Shown here piece by piece: positions 28,370-38,710 of a stretch of 64,000 nucleotides of DNA. Each line of letters opens with the position of its first letter. Within the stretch, counting starts at the first letter, position 1. The notes under the pieces were generated by a model. That model made no database searches and was not told the origin of the DNA. It saw only the letters and a program-made list of their open reading frames with translations. Position numbers and translations under genes: made by a program. Source of the stretch: a virus; IMG/VR virus record IMGVR_UViG_3300046373_000092, positions 1 to 64,000 of that record. One strand, 5' to 3'.

Positions 28370-29335
28370 ATGGCTACAAGCGGGGCGCTCACCACTAAAA
28401 AACTCATAGCGTCTATTAAACGTAGATGTATGATTCCTACATCTCAAGATACATTCACGGATGCTGATTTGATTGACTTCTTAAATGAAGAAATGATGAT
28501 TGGCATTGTTCCTAAATTAATGCAGCTCAAAGAAGAATACTTAGTATTCGATGAGTACGTTAAAATAGAATCTAACACTTCAGCCTATACTGTTCCAGAA
28601 AGAGCTTTGGGAAGTAAACTAAGAGAAGCCTCTTACGTTGACAGTCTAGATCAAGGAACTGCTAATGCTAACGAATACGAGCTTACTCAGATCGGAGTAG
28701 ACGAGCGTTATTCACTAGCAAACAACACAATTGAAACTAGTAATTGGAAAAGATTTTACATGGAAGGATCAGACCTAGTTCTATTTCCAGATGTAGGATC
28801 TAACCCCTCTGGTTATATAAGATTTTTCTACCACATCCGCCCAGGCACATTAGTTGCCGACACTGAAGTTGCAGTAATCTCAAACATAGACAGAACTACT
28901 GGAGTTATTCTACTGGCTAACGCGCCAACTAAATTTCAAACTGGAAAGCAGTATGATTTCGTAAGAGCACGTTCGCCTCATAACATTATATCAATAGATA
29001 AAATGGCTAGTAACTACAGCACGGGTACTAAGACTATTCAATTTGCAATAGACGACATTCCCGCCAATCTTCAAGTTGGAGATTATATTTCTGCAGCAGG
29101 AGAGAGCTGTATTCCAAGCGTTCCCACAGAGCTTCACTCTATTCTTGCGCAACGTGTTGCGCAAAGGGTGTTGGAGTCTATTGGAGATACTCAAGGCTTA
29201 ACAAACGCTACCGCTAAGCTGGCAGAAATGGAATCTAACATGGCGATCATGCTCCAATCTCGCGTTGAAGGTGCTCCAAGAAAAGTAGTAAATAGAAACA
29301 ATACCATGAGAAGAAACGGTAGAGGATATTTCTAA
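28370..29335 (+). CDS. head-tail adaptor / tail tubular protein A
   Basis: LIASIKRR...D.DLIDFLNE...P..LH.IL pattern, position before nozzle. Confidence 0.7.
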   Translation: MATSGALTTKKLIASIKRRCMIPTSQDTFTDADLIDFLNEEMMIGIVPKLMQLKEEYLVFDEYVKIESNTSAYTVPERALGSKLREASYVDSLDQGTANANEYELTQIGVDERYSLANNTIETSNWKRFYMEGSDLVLFPDVGSNPSGYIRFFYHIRPGTLVADTEVAVISNIDRTTGVILLANAPTKFQTGKQYDFVRARSPHNIISIDKMASNYSTGTKTIQFAIDDIPANLQVGDYISAAGESCIPSVPTELHSILAQRVAQRVLESIGDTQGLTNATAKLAEMESNMAIMLQSRVEGAPRKVVNRNNTMRRNGRGYF

Positions 29336-32300
29336 TGTCTCAATACTTAAACTTAAACCCAAAAGGTTTATTTACATACTACAATAACCTATCGGAGGTT
29401 TCTCCGGGAGCCCTTCTGAAGGGAACTAATACCGTTTTAAATAGAAACGGAGTTATTAATCCTAGACGTGGTATAAAGTATTACGGTCCTACTCTGCCGA
29501 ATCTTGCTGATAGAGCAAAGCAATTAATGCAATATAAAGATACCCTCATCCGCCACGTTAATGATAAATTAGCGTTTGAAGTCGGAGCTGGAGTATTTAC
29601 TGATTTTGAAGGTGACTTTACAGAAGTAATTACTGGAGAAAGAACAAAGTATTTAGAAAATAAGGGTAACTTATATTTCACATCGTCAGAAGGAGTTCAA
29701 AAGATTTCTGTAAAGGACGCTAGTGAATTTGGAGATGCAGTAATTACACAAACAGGGGCTCCGGCTGCTTTGGGTGGATACGCTCTTCCAAACTATTCGA
29801 CATTAGGATTTTTAAATCTTGGGTCACAAGTTCCATACCAAGTTACATGGTCTATAAAAGATGCAAATAATTTACTTATAGAAGGAGTTCCTTCGGAAAT
29901 AATTGTTTGTAAAAATGAATCTCCAACCTCAGATGTTTCTGTAGACCTAACAGTTCAGATTCCTTCTGGAGTAAATGAAGATTATATTTTAAGAATATAC
30001 AGAGCCGAGCAGTCTCTCTTAACAGATCCACTCAAAGTAACTTATAATTTAGTATTCGAAGGTAATCCGGAGACAGTAGATATTATTTTAGGATATATCA
30101 CATACACTGATTTTGTTAACGAATCTTTTAGAAATGCGGGGGAGCCTCTTTACACAAACGCTACTTCAGAGGGTATTTCTCAAGCTAACTATAGACCTCC
30201 AAGTGCTCGTGACATTGAACTATTCAATAACTCCGTATTCTATGCAAATACCAGAGAAGCTCACCAAAAAAACTTTTCAATGATTACGTCAGAAGATTTA
30301 CTTGCAACTACTAAAATTACGATTGCGGATAATGATGGCACATACACTGTCCAATTTAGAGGACAAACGGAACAATCTACTATAGTTGTTCAACAGTCTA
30401 GTTTAATTACTGACCATTCCTTTTTCTTGGTAAACTCAGCAAATAATGAAAGAAGATATTTTGTATGGTTCGATAAAAGTGGAGATAATATTACTCCAGA
30501 ATATCCAGAACACGTAGGAAGATTCCCTCTTCGCATTGACGTATCTACTCCAATGACGGCAATTCAAGTTGGAACTGAAATCGAAAATACATTAGCCAAT
30601 TTACTAGACTTTGCAGTAACTAGTTTGCTGGGAATTGTATCCTTTTTCAATCTTTATAATGGATATGCCGATGCTACCGCAGACAGCGTAGGGCAGCCTA
30701 CTAACTTTACATTCACGACTTTGCAACAAGGTTTAGGACAAGATGCAAGTTTAGGCTTCGCATTACTAAGTAACAAAACTACAGACGCAGAAAGAATCGC
30801 AGAAATGACTAAAAGTTTAGTAGATACCTTTACTCAGATGCAGAATAAATATATCGTAAAATATACGAGTACTTTTGATAGCATTCCTGGTATATTCTCA
30901 GTCATGTCTTCAAGTTTAGTGGATATGCCGTTCTACATCACCACAAATGAATTCGACGCCTCAACTTCGTTTAGTCCAGCCCTAAATGTTGCATTTACTA
31001 ACACTACAGCTACGGTAAGTCCTTTGGCGTGTACTCTAACAACTTCAGCCCCGCATGGTTTAGTAGTTGGAGATAAAGTTTTCATCTATAACTTCAAAAC
31101 TAATACTTCCACAGTTAGCGGTCAATACACAGTTACAGCGGTTCCGACTTCTACTACATATACAATTAATTTGACTATACTAAGCTTACTTAGCGCGGGG
31201 TTTGTTACTAAAGCCGCTGGAGCTAGTGAGAACAACGCTACAATCAATAGCTTATATTTTTCTAAAGATAATCAGCCAGAGTCTGTTCCTTTAGTTAATC
31301 AAATTTTAGTGGGGTCTTCAGATGCTCCAATCTTAAGAATTAAGGCTCTCAGAGAATCCCTATTTATTTTTAAGACCGACGGGCTATTCCGCCTAAGCGG
31401 GTTCAGTGCGAGTGATTTCGTAGTACAGTTATTCGACAACACAGTAATCTTAAAATGCCCGGACAGTGTAGCTAGTTTGAGCAACGAGATCTACTGCTTT
31501 GCTAATCAGGGAGTCGTAAAGATTTCTGAGGTTGGAAAAGACGTAATATCTAAGCCAATCTACGACAAGTTAATCCCATTCATCACTACTAACACTAATC
31601 TAGCGAAGGCTACGTTTGGGGTGGCATATGAATCGGATAGATCGTACATTCTGTTTACGGTTAAGTCTAAATTAGATACTACTTCTACAGTGGCGTATCG
31701 CTACAATGTGGACACAGATTCTTGGACTGACTGGGATGTACACAAGACTTGTGGGATCTTAAAACAACTAGACGATAAACTTTATTTTGGTTCAGCCATT
31801 GCCAATACACTTGAGCAGGAAAGAAAGGACTTTAACAGGTTCGACTATGCTGACAGAGAAATTATTCTAAGCTTAGCAGCCTCTTCATTAACTGGCAACA
31901 TAATCAAGCCTTCTAATTTTGAAACAGTTGCTGTTAACGATGTTATTACTCAAACTCAGTATGTAACACTTTACCAATTTAACCAATTGTTAAAAAAATT
32001 AGATCTAGACAATGGAATAAACAGCTACAGCTTTTTTGCAAACTTAGCAGCAGCCCCAGGAGGAAACCTTTCTTCTTATTTTACTTCTTTAGTAACTAGA
32101 TTGAATATTCAAGACACGAATCCGTTTGTAGATACTCATGGAAATACTTCGTATGTGTTCAATGGATCGAGTGATTTTGCATCTATCCAAACTCAATACA
32201 ATGCAGTTATAGATAGATTAAATGAATCTCCAACGTTGTTTCTGAGCAACTACGCTAAGTCGCTAACTACGACATTACAAGAAGCTATTGTCTTAGAAAA

Positions 32301-32757
32301 AGACACAACCCTAAAGCAATTTACATTAGAGAAAAGTCCTTCGTTCATTCAAGGTCCAATCTTAATTTATAAGGGAATTAATACAGAGATTGAATTTGTT
32401 CCTCAACATGGAGGAGATCCTTCAACTTTAAAACAATTTAGCAGCGGTACGATCCTTCTTGAAAATAGAAGCTTTTATTCTGCTTACGTAGGGTTTAACA
32501 GTGACCTAAGTGTGAACTACGACAACGTACTCATTTCTCCAGTATCATACGGTAATTGGGGAGATTTTACTTGGGGAACTGGCGCTATCTGGGGCGGTCA
32601 AGGAGATCGTGCTCCACTAAGAACTTATATCCCTGCTAAGAAGCAAAGATGTAGATTTATTGGAGCTAGATTCTCTCACGGGATTGCATTGCAGTCATTT
32701 TCACTATATGGACTTAGCTTGACGTTTACCGTTAGTAGCGAAAGAGCGTATAAATAA
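29335..32757 (+). CDS. tail nozzle / tubular protein B (stabilisation protein) with inserted domains
   Basis: 1140 aa; PRRG N-terminus, LYFSK...PESVP, LFIFKTDG beta-propeller-type motifs. Confidence 0.75.
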   Translation: MSQYLNLNPKGLFTYYNNLSEVSPGALLKGTNTVLNRNGVINPRRGIKYYGPTLPNLADRAKQLMQYKDTLIRHVNDKLAFEVGAGVFTDFEGDFTEVITGERTKYLENKGNLYFTSSEGVQKISVKDASEFGDAVITQTGAPAALGGYALPNYSTLGFLNLGSQVPYQVTWSIKDANNLLIEGVPSEIIVCKNESPTSDVSVDLTVQIPSGVNEDYILRIYRAEQSLLTDPLKVTYNLVFEGNPETVDIILGYITYTDFVNESFRNAGEPLYTNATSEGISQANYRPPSARDIELFNNSVFYANTREAHQKNFSMITSEDLLATTKITIADNDGTYTVQFRGQTEQSTIVVQQSSLITDHSFFLVNSANNERRYFVWFDKSGDNITPEYPEHVGRFPLRIDVSTPMTAIQVGTEIENTLANLLDFAVTSLLGIVSFFNLYNGYADATADSVGQPTNFTFTTLQQGLGQDASLGFALLSNKTTDAERIAEMTKSLVDTFTQMQNKYIVKYTSTFDSIPGIFSVMSSSLVDMPFYITTNEFDASTSFSPALNVAFTNTTATVSPLACTLTTSAPHGLVVGDKVFIYNFKTNTSTVSGQYTVTAVPTSTTYTINLTILSLLSAGFVTKAAGASENNATINSLYFSKDNQPESVPLVNQILVGSSDAPILRIKALRESLFIFKTDGLFRLSGFSASDFVVQLFDNTVILKCPDSVASLSNEIYCFANQGVVKISEVGKDVISKPIYDKLIPFITTNTNLAKATFGVAYESDRSYILFTVKSKLDTTSTVAYRYNVDTDSWTDWDVHKTCGILKQLDDKLYFGSAIANTLEQERKDFNRFDYADREIILSLAASSLTGNIIKPSNFETVAVNDVITQTQYVTLYQFNQLLKKLDLDNGINSYSFFANLAAAPGGNLSSYFTSLVTRLNIQDTNPFVDTHGNTSYVFNGSSDFASIQTQYNAVIDRLNESPTLFLSNYAKSLTTTLQEAIVLEKDTTLKQFTLEKSPSFIQGPILIYKGINTEIEFVPQHGGDPSTLKQFSSGTILLENRSFYSAYVGFNSDLSVNYDNVLISPVSYGNWGDFTWGTGAIWGGQGDRAPLRTYIPAKKQRCRFIGARFSHGIALQSFSLYGLSLTFTVSSERAYK

Positions 32758-33161
32758 TGGCTAAACTACAGACTAAAAAAATTAATGTAAACGACTTTTC
32801 TCCAGATGCTCGTCAGGATATAGCGAAGATTGCAAGGTCTTTAAACCCTTTTTTTGACGACGTGGAGAGAGCTTTTAGGAAGGGCTTGTCTGTGGAAGAC
32901 AACCTACCATTTCAATACATTACAGTAACTCTAGAAGTTGATGCAAACGGCAAGCCAAAACAGCAGGTAAGCACATCTTTTAACTTGACAAATTTGAAAG
33001 GCTGCGTTATAATTAATGCTAAAGCTGCCGATACTACTGTGTTCCCCACAGCCACGCCTTTTGCAAGTTTCAATACTTCAGGCTCTGTATTTACAGTAAC
33101 GAATGTTGCCGGTTTACCCGCAGATAAATCATTCACACTAACCCTTTTATTGATGGCGTAA
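32757..33161 (+). CDS. tail-associated structural protein
   Basis: 134 aa directly after nozzle. Confidence 0.55.
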   Translation: MAKLQTKKINVNDFSPDARQDIAKIARSLNPFFDDVERAFRKGLSVEDNLPFQYITVTLEVDANGKPKQQVSTSFNLTNLKGCVIINAKAADTTVFPTATPFASFNTSGSVFTVTNVAGLPADKSFTLTLLLMA

Positions 33162-33162
33162 T

Positions 33163-35613
33163 ATGACACAAGAAGAACAAGACGTAGTAAATTTAGCCAC
33201 TCCTGAAAACTTCCTGGGTTTTGACGATAAGGGCAGCGCTATTATCAGAAATGCCAGTGGACAGTTACAAGCTTACGGAGGCTCCGACTGGACCGCAGTT
33301 ACCGATGCTTTAAAAGCTAAGCACGGAGAAAAATCATTTAACGACTATATTGGTAATGAACAATTAAAAGCTTTGGGTGGAGAATTCCAAGGTATTGATG
33401 AAGAGTCTGGAGCTGCTGTCTTTACAAAAGACGGAGAGACTTTCGGTATTGCAAAAGATGACCCTGACTACAAAAATCTATTTAATGTAGCTAAGAATTC
33501 TGCTCCGGCTAAAACTTGGTTTAACCCAAATTACGAAAAACAATTTAATCAAATTCAAGAAAAGGGAACTCAGTTTTCTGGATTCGATGATCAGGGAAAT
33601 GCTCTATTTAAAAACAAAGTAGGACAATACGAAACAGTAACTAATAAAGATGCTGGATTTTACAAGTATGCTCAGAAGTTTAAATCTGATCAAAAATTCC
33701 AAGGTGTTCAAGGTGTATCTAATGCAGTAAAGGGAGAGAACGTTGCTCCTATTGGAAACATGAATTCTAATGTAGCCTCTACTTCTGCCGACGCCAATAG
33801 AAAAGCATTAGGTGCTCAAGGTGGAGGATTTAGTCGATTTTCTGCAAGCTCAACCACCCCAGGTAAATTACAAAACAATGCTCCCAGTGCTAATCAACCG
33901 ACTACTGTGGGAGGAGCTAAGCCGCCAGTCAATATCGCTCCACCTACTACAGCTTCAGCAGCTCAACAGCAGCCAGTTGGATCGTACAATGCTCAAGCCC
34001 TAAATACAGGAGCTAAAGTTAAAAAAGCTAAAGCTCAGCCAGTACAAGCTCCTCCTTCGATGAGTGTTTCTGACATTGCTGTAAAGATGGGTAAAGAATA
34101 CGCTACGAACTTTGCTAATCAAAAATTAGCTGAAGTAAAAACTGCTGCTAAAGAAGGAGCTACAAACTTCGTCAAAACAGCAACACAGCCATACAGAGAT
34201 TTAGCTAGTGGACAAATAAAAGAAGCCACTGGATTTGACCCTTCAAAGTCTTTATCTGAACAAGCGGCAGAACAGGCAGGAAAGGCAACTGGAGTAGATT
34301 CACAATATTTCGTTGATCCAAAAAATGCAGCAATAAACCAAGCTAGTAGTGCTATAAATGATAAACTAGGATTCGATGCAGTAGCTGCAGCCCGAGATCC
34401 TAAAGCATATTTAAAGCAACAAGCTGAAGAGCAGTTATCAAAACAACTGGGCTTCAACGTTGCTGAGTTAGCCAAAGATCCAAAGCAGTTTGCAATCAAC
34501 CAAGGTGTAAACATGCTCGCCAATTATACGGGTGCCGACGCTGGGACTTTAGCCGGAGCTGCCGGAGCCTTATTTAAAGGCGGAAACATGGTTGAGAACG
34601 CTAAGGAATATGCAAAAGAAGAAGCTAAAAGACAAGCTAAGCAAGCTGCTCTAAATCAAATCGCAAGTTATTACGGAGTAGATGCCAACGCAGTAGGTGG
34701 AGCTTACGACGTAGGTAAAGACGTATTGAAGGGCGGAGTAAGCGAAGACACGGCTAGAAAGGCTGGAGAGACTGCGGCTAGAGCTGCCGTAATGTACTAC
34801 ACGGGAGGAACAGTAACCCCAGAAAATTTAGAGTTGGCATCTAACGTATTACTAAAAGGATATGAAGGAGCTTCTAATAAGTTTGGAACGGTTGGAACAC
34901 TAGCTGCCCACCCTTTAAAAACTTATGGTGAGATGTATGGAGCAGCCGGAGATATCCTAGATTACGGAATTAAAGATGTCGGACAAATGGGAGCTGACAT
35001 GTATAGCAACGGTAAGAATGATATTGGTGGTCTTAAAATGATTGCTAAAGGTAACATTGGCGATGGTATTTCTCAAATAGCCAAAGGCTCTTTAGACATG
35101 GTTACAAAAAATATCGCAGCATCCCCCGTAGCTGCTGTTAAAAAGATTGTATCTTCAGTAGGTAGCGCAGTTAAAAACATTTTCTGTTTTGACGGTAACA
35201 CTGAAATTTTAATGGAAGATGGCAGCTATAAAAAAATTAAGCTAATTAAACTAGGGGATAAAATTGCTCTAGGTGGATTAGTAACGGCTATCGGACAATC
35301 AGCCTCTACTGAAATCTACAACTACAACGGAGTAAAGGTAGCTGGCGGACATGCGGTTTTTGAAGATGGAAAATGGGTACGAGTCTTCGATAGTAAGAAA
35401 GGTGAGTTACTGGAAGGGGAAGAGCTTATAGTTTATCCAATGTCGACAGAACACCACTTAATCGTAACTAAAGACCAGATCTGGGCTGACTTACTGGAAG
35501 TAGACGACAAGCAAAACAAAACTGAAGCTGAGTCTTTAAAAGAACTCAACAAGCAGACAGTAAAAAATAAAATGTTGAAATCTTACCTGAAGGTTAAATT
35601 TGGAATTAGTTAA
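33163..35613 (+). CDS. putative ejection (internal virion) protein with C-terminal Hint domain
   Basis: Ala/Gln/Gly-rich repeats; Hint begins CFDGNTEILMEDG (Cys675), IKLGD, VAGGHAV, VYPMST. Confidence 0.75.
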   Translation: MTQEEQDVVNLATPENFLGFDDKGSAIIRNASGQLQAYGGSDWTAVTDALKAKHGEKSFNDYIGNEQLKALGGEFQGIDEESGAAVFTKDGETFGIAKDDPDYKNLFNVAKNSAPAKTWFNPNYEKQFNQIQEKGTQFSGFDDQGNALFKNKVGQYETVTNKDAGFYKYAQKFKSDQKFQGVQGVSNAVKGENVAPIGNMNSNVASTSADANRKALGAQGGGFSRFSASSTTPGKLQNNAPSANQPTTVGGAKPPVNIAPPTTASAAQQQPVGSYNAQALNTGAKVKKAKAQPVQAPPSMSVSDIAVKMGKEYATNFANQKLAEVKTAAKEGATNFVKTATQPYRDLASGQIKEATGFDPSKSLSEQAAEQAGKATGVDSQYFVDPKNAAINQASSAINDKLGFDAVAAARDPKAYLKQQAEEQLSKQLGFNVAELAKDPKQFAINQGVNMLANYTGADAGTLAGAAGALFKGGNMVENAKEYAKEEAKRQAKQAALNQIASYYGVDANAVGGAYDVGKDVLKGGVSEDTARKAGETAARAAVMYYTGGTVTPENLELASNVLLKGYEGASNKFGTVGTLAAHPLKTYGEMYGAAGDILDYGIKDVGQMGADMYSNGKNDIGGLKMIAKGNIGDGISQIAKGSLDMVTKNIAASPVAAVKKIVSSVGSAVKNIFCFDGNTEILMEDGSYKKIKLIKLGDKIALGGLVTAIGQSASTEIYNYNGVKVAGGHAVFEDGKWVRVFDSKKGELLEGEELIVYPMSTEHHLIVTKDQIWADLLEVDDKQNKTEAESLKELNKQTVKNKMLKSYLKVKFGIS

Positions 35614-36028
35614 ATACGAAAATGAGGATTATCCACTAATTTTAGAATGGTTTGCCAAGTACAACTGGGCTCCTTGCGATGCTGACTGCTTCCCAGTGAA
35701 CACTTACTTCGCTGTTAAAGACGGACGTAAGCTAGCACTATCTTGCTTCATGGCTACAGATTCTACCATAGCCTTTATGGGAATTACCCTCACCAATAGA
35801 GATGAAGGTTCTCCCGCAGAGCAATCAGAAGCTGTTGATTTTTTGTTGAAGGAAATTGCCCAAAAAGCCAAAGAACAAGGTTACAACTACTTATACAATT
35901 TCACTGAAAGTAGAGCTATGGTCTATAGATTTAGAAAACAGGGATTCAGAGTGGCTAACCGAGGAATATCTTACAGTATCGTGGGGGATTTAACAAATAC
36001 CGGACGTACTAAATTTTTCGAAGAATAA
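35600..36028 (+). CDS. GNAT-like protein (position of T7 gp13 / P22 gp14)
   Basis: 142 aa; AKEQGY..LY...RF.KQGF GNAT pattern among ejection genes. Confidence 0.6.
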   Translation: MELVKYENEDYPLILEWFAKYNWAPCDADCFPVNTYFAVKDGRKLALSCFMATDSTIAFMGITLTNRDEGSPAEQSEAVDFLLKEIAQKAKEQGYNYLYNFTESRAMVYRFRKQGFRVANRGISYSIVGDLTNTGRTKFFEE

Positions 36029-36034
36029 GCTAAG

Positions 36035-36047
36035 TTAACAAATATAT
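36035..36047 (+). promoter_or_regulatory. putative late promoter motif, copy 8
   Basis: TTAACAAATATAT upstream of ejection genes. Confidence 0.7.
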
Positions 36048-36061
36048 GTAGAGGTTCACAC

Positions 36062-37372
36062 ATGGGATTATTCGATTCACTATTAAAATCAGTATCTAAC
36101 TATATACCTGACGAATACGAAGACGATGTTGCGGCTGCCGCACAAGAATATGCTCCTCAAGCCAAAGAGCTTGGATCTAGTGCTTTGTCGAGTATTGGCA
36201 GTTCTTTAAGTGGATTATTCAACTCAAACCCTACCAACGGCAGAATGTCTGACGAAGACTACGCTAAGTGGAAAGCGGCTGGGAATGACGACTCAAAACC
36301 TGGCTTTTGGGAAAACCTATTTACGGACGATCCAAACTCTGGATGGTACGATACAATGAACCAAGTTCCAGACAATGAAAAATACACTACTCGTGCTGAG
36401 CTAGAGGCTGCTAAACTTGCTAATGCAAATAAAGCTAAGTCTCCCGGAATAATGGATAGTATTAAGAATTATTTCACCGACGATCCTAATTCTGGATGGT
36501 ATGATGAAATGACGAACAACAATGCACTAAGAAGCGGAGAAGCTGATTACGATGCATATCTAAAAAATCTTAGAAGTGGGGAAGCAGCATACGCATCTAA
36601 CCCTACAAACAGTAACATGCTTGAAAGCGCCTATAAAACAGCTCTATCTGGAATTGGAAAGGCAGCCCCTACGTTAGGTGCCCTTGCCCCAGTGCTAGGC
36701 TCAGGACTTGGATATTTAGCCTCTAGTGGCTTAAGAGATCAATCTCAGTCCGCTTACAACAACTCATTAAATTCCGCAGGAACTCAAGTTTCTATGGGAC
36801 CATCAGCTTCTGAAAATCTTCAAGACAGTCAACAGGATTTAGCAAACAGAGCTACAGCTACTCAAATGATTGCACAACGTGCGAATATGGGATTAACTGA
36901 CGAAGATAAGGCTATGTTCGAAAAGGCTAGGCAACAAGCTGACGAAGGATTCCAAGCTAATCAATCTAAAATTACTACAGACCTAAACAGACGCGGCATG
37001 GGACTATCTCCAGCTTTAGTAATGGCTCAACAACAACAAGCTGCTCAAGACAACGCAAAACGTCAGAATGACGCTCAACTAGCTCAGACTGCAGAATCAT
37101 TTAAAGCTAAACAAGCGGCTGCTACAGCACTCGGTACAATGGCTAACGCAAACCTACAAGGTGACTTTAGCAGAGGTTTAGCTAAGGCTAACAATCAAGA
37201 TGCTATCTCTAGATTCAATGCTGAACAAGAACGTGCTCGCGCAAATGCCCTTACTCAAGCTCAACAGACTCAAGGAAATCAACTTGGAAATGCTGCAGCA
37301 GATAAGGCAGGAGCTATCACTAATATTGGAAGCGGGATTGGAACGGCTATCGGCGCTCTACTAAAAAAATAA
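36062..37372 (+). CDS. putative ejection protein
   Basis: Gln/Ala coiled coil, glycine-zipper segments, duplicated FTDDPNSGWYD.M. Confidence 0.65.
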   Translation: MGLFDSLLKSVSNYIPDEYEDDVAAAAQEYAPQAKELGSSALSSIGSSLSGLFNSNPTNGRMSDEDYAKWKAAGNDDSKPGFWENLFTDDPNSGWYDTMNQVPDNEKYTTRAELEAAKLANANKAKSPGIMDSIKNYFTDDPNSGWYDEMTNNNALRSGEADYDAYLKNLRSGEAAYASNPTNSNMLESAYKTALSGIGKAAPTLGALAPVLGSGLGYLASSGLRDQSQSAYNNSLNSAGTQVSMGPSASENLQDSQQDLANRATATQMIAQRANMGLTDEDKAMFEKARQQADEGFQANQSKITTDLNRRGMGLSPALVMAQQQQAAQDNAKRQNDAQLAQTAESFKAKQAAATALGTMANANLQGDFSRGLAKANNQDAISRFNAEQERARANALTQAQQTQGNQLGNAAADKAGAITNIGSGIGTAIGALLKK

Positions 37373-37381
37373 GGAATTAAT

Positions 37382-38710
37382 ATGGCATCATTTGACGACT
37401 TTTTAAAAATGTTTAAAGACTCCCAAGGAATAGATCAGCCTGCTGTAACCATTCCATACAGACCTGATGAATCTGCTGTTATGCCTCCTCTAGGATTGGC
37501 TATTGGCGGACAACAAGAAATAGTAGGTATGCCTAGTGGATCAACTCCAGATGAGTCTATGCCTGCAGAAATGCCAGCAGCTCCCCCACAAATTACTCCA
37601 GATGTAATCAATAAGCTCAAGGCAATGTCAGCTTCTCGCGCTCCCACAGCAGTTCCGCAAGCTATGCCAATTCCCGCTAAGCCTCCAGTAGATTTAGAAG
37701 ATAAGCAATACCTAGGTGCTCAGGACGAAGCTCGTAAAAATAGAAAGTATGCAGAGTTACTTGCAGCTTCTAACCAAATGGCTCAAGGTGTGGCATCTTT
37801 AGGTGCGGGTAAAAAAGTAGACGTTAACAATGCCGGCGCGGAAATGTTAATGAAGTCTGCCGATGCTCCAGTAAAGGATTTAACTGAGCAAAGAAAACAA
37901 GAGAAAGAATTCTTAGATTTAATGGATGACAAGAAAAAGAACGATCCAACATCTGAAGTTTCTCAACTATACAGAAAAGCATTTAAAGATTTGGGAGTGC
38001 AGTTAGGTGACGGAGCTACGGCTTCTGAACTTGAAAAAGCATCTCCAGTAATCGCGCAAGCTATCAACACTCAGCTAAACAGAGAAGCTCAAAAACTCCG
38101 TTACGCAGAACTAGCGGACAACAAAGCCGAAAGAAATAACGATAAGAAGCGTGAACTTGACGATAAGTATATGTCAAAGTTTAACGACACTATCAACAAG
38201 TTTGAAAAAGAAAAAGTAGAAGGGGACAAGTACTTCGACACAGCATTAACTCTTGCTGACGACGCTACTAAGTCACCTACAGCCGCAGTAAACTTAGCCC
38301 GATCTTTGATTAAGTCAATTGAAGGTGCTGGAGCCAGAGTTTCTGATAAGGATATTGAAACTACTCTAAGAGCCGGAGGTGTTAGTGACAACGCCATCGC
38401 TCAACTACAGACAGCGGAAAGCGGAACTATCCCTCCATTTCAAGCTGAAGACGTAAAAAAACTAATGAGAGCAATGAAGGCTATTTCAGATACTAAATTT
38501 AATGAAAGAAAAGAGCAGATGGTTTACCGCCAAGCTCAGTTGTTAAAAACTACTCCGGAAAGAATTAAAGAAGCTACGTTTATGCCAGAAGCTAAGAAAG
38601 AGTCTACTGAATCAAACACAGTAAGAGTTATTTCTCCGGCAGGAAAAACGGGAACAATTCCAAGATCAAACTTAGAAGCGGCTAAAAAACAAGGCTTCAA
38701 GGAAATATAA
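37382..38710 (+). CDS. putative ejection protein
   Basis: helical, ARVSDKD motif, position. Confidence 0.6.
   Translation: MASFDDFLKMFKDSQGIDQPAVTIPYRPDESAVMPPLGLAIGGQQEIVGMPSGSTPDESMPAEMPAAPPQITPDVINKLKAMSASRAPTAVPQAMPIPAKPPVDLEDKQYLGAQDEARKNRKYAELLAASNQMAQGVASLGAGKKVDVNNAGAEMLMKSADAPVKDLTEQRKQEKEFLDLMDDKKKNDPTSEVSQLYRKAFKDLGVQLGDGATASELEKASPVIAQAINTQLNREAQKLRYAELADNKAERNNDKKRELDDKYMSKFNDTINKFEKEKVEGDKYFDTALTLADDATKSPTAAVNLARSLIKSIEGAGARVSDKDIETTLRAGGVSDNAIAQLQTAESGTIPPFQAEDVKKLMRAMKAISDTKFNERKEQMVYRQAQLLKTTPERIKEATFMPEAKKESTESNTVRVISPAGKTGTIPRSNLEAAKKQGFKEI

Noticed and set aside
4877-36047. TTAACAAATAT repeats as CRISPR repeats or att sites
   Set aside because: They are dispersed single copies without regular spacers, and no cas or integrase gene is present.
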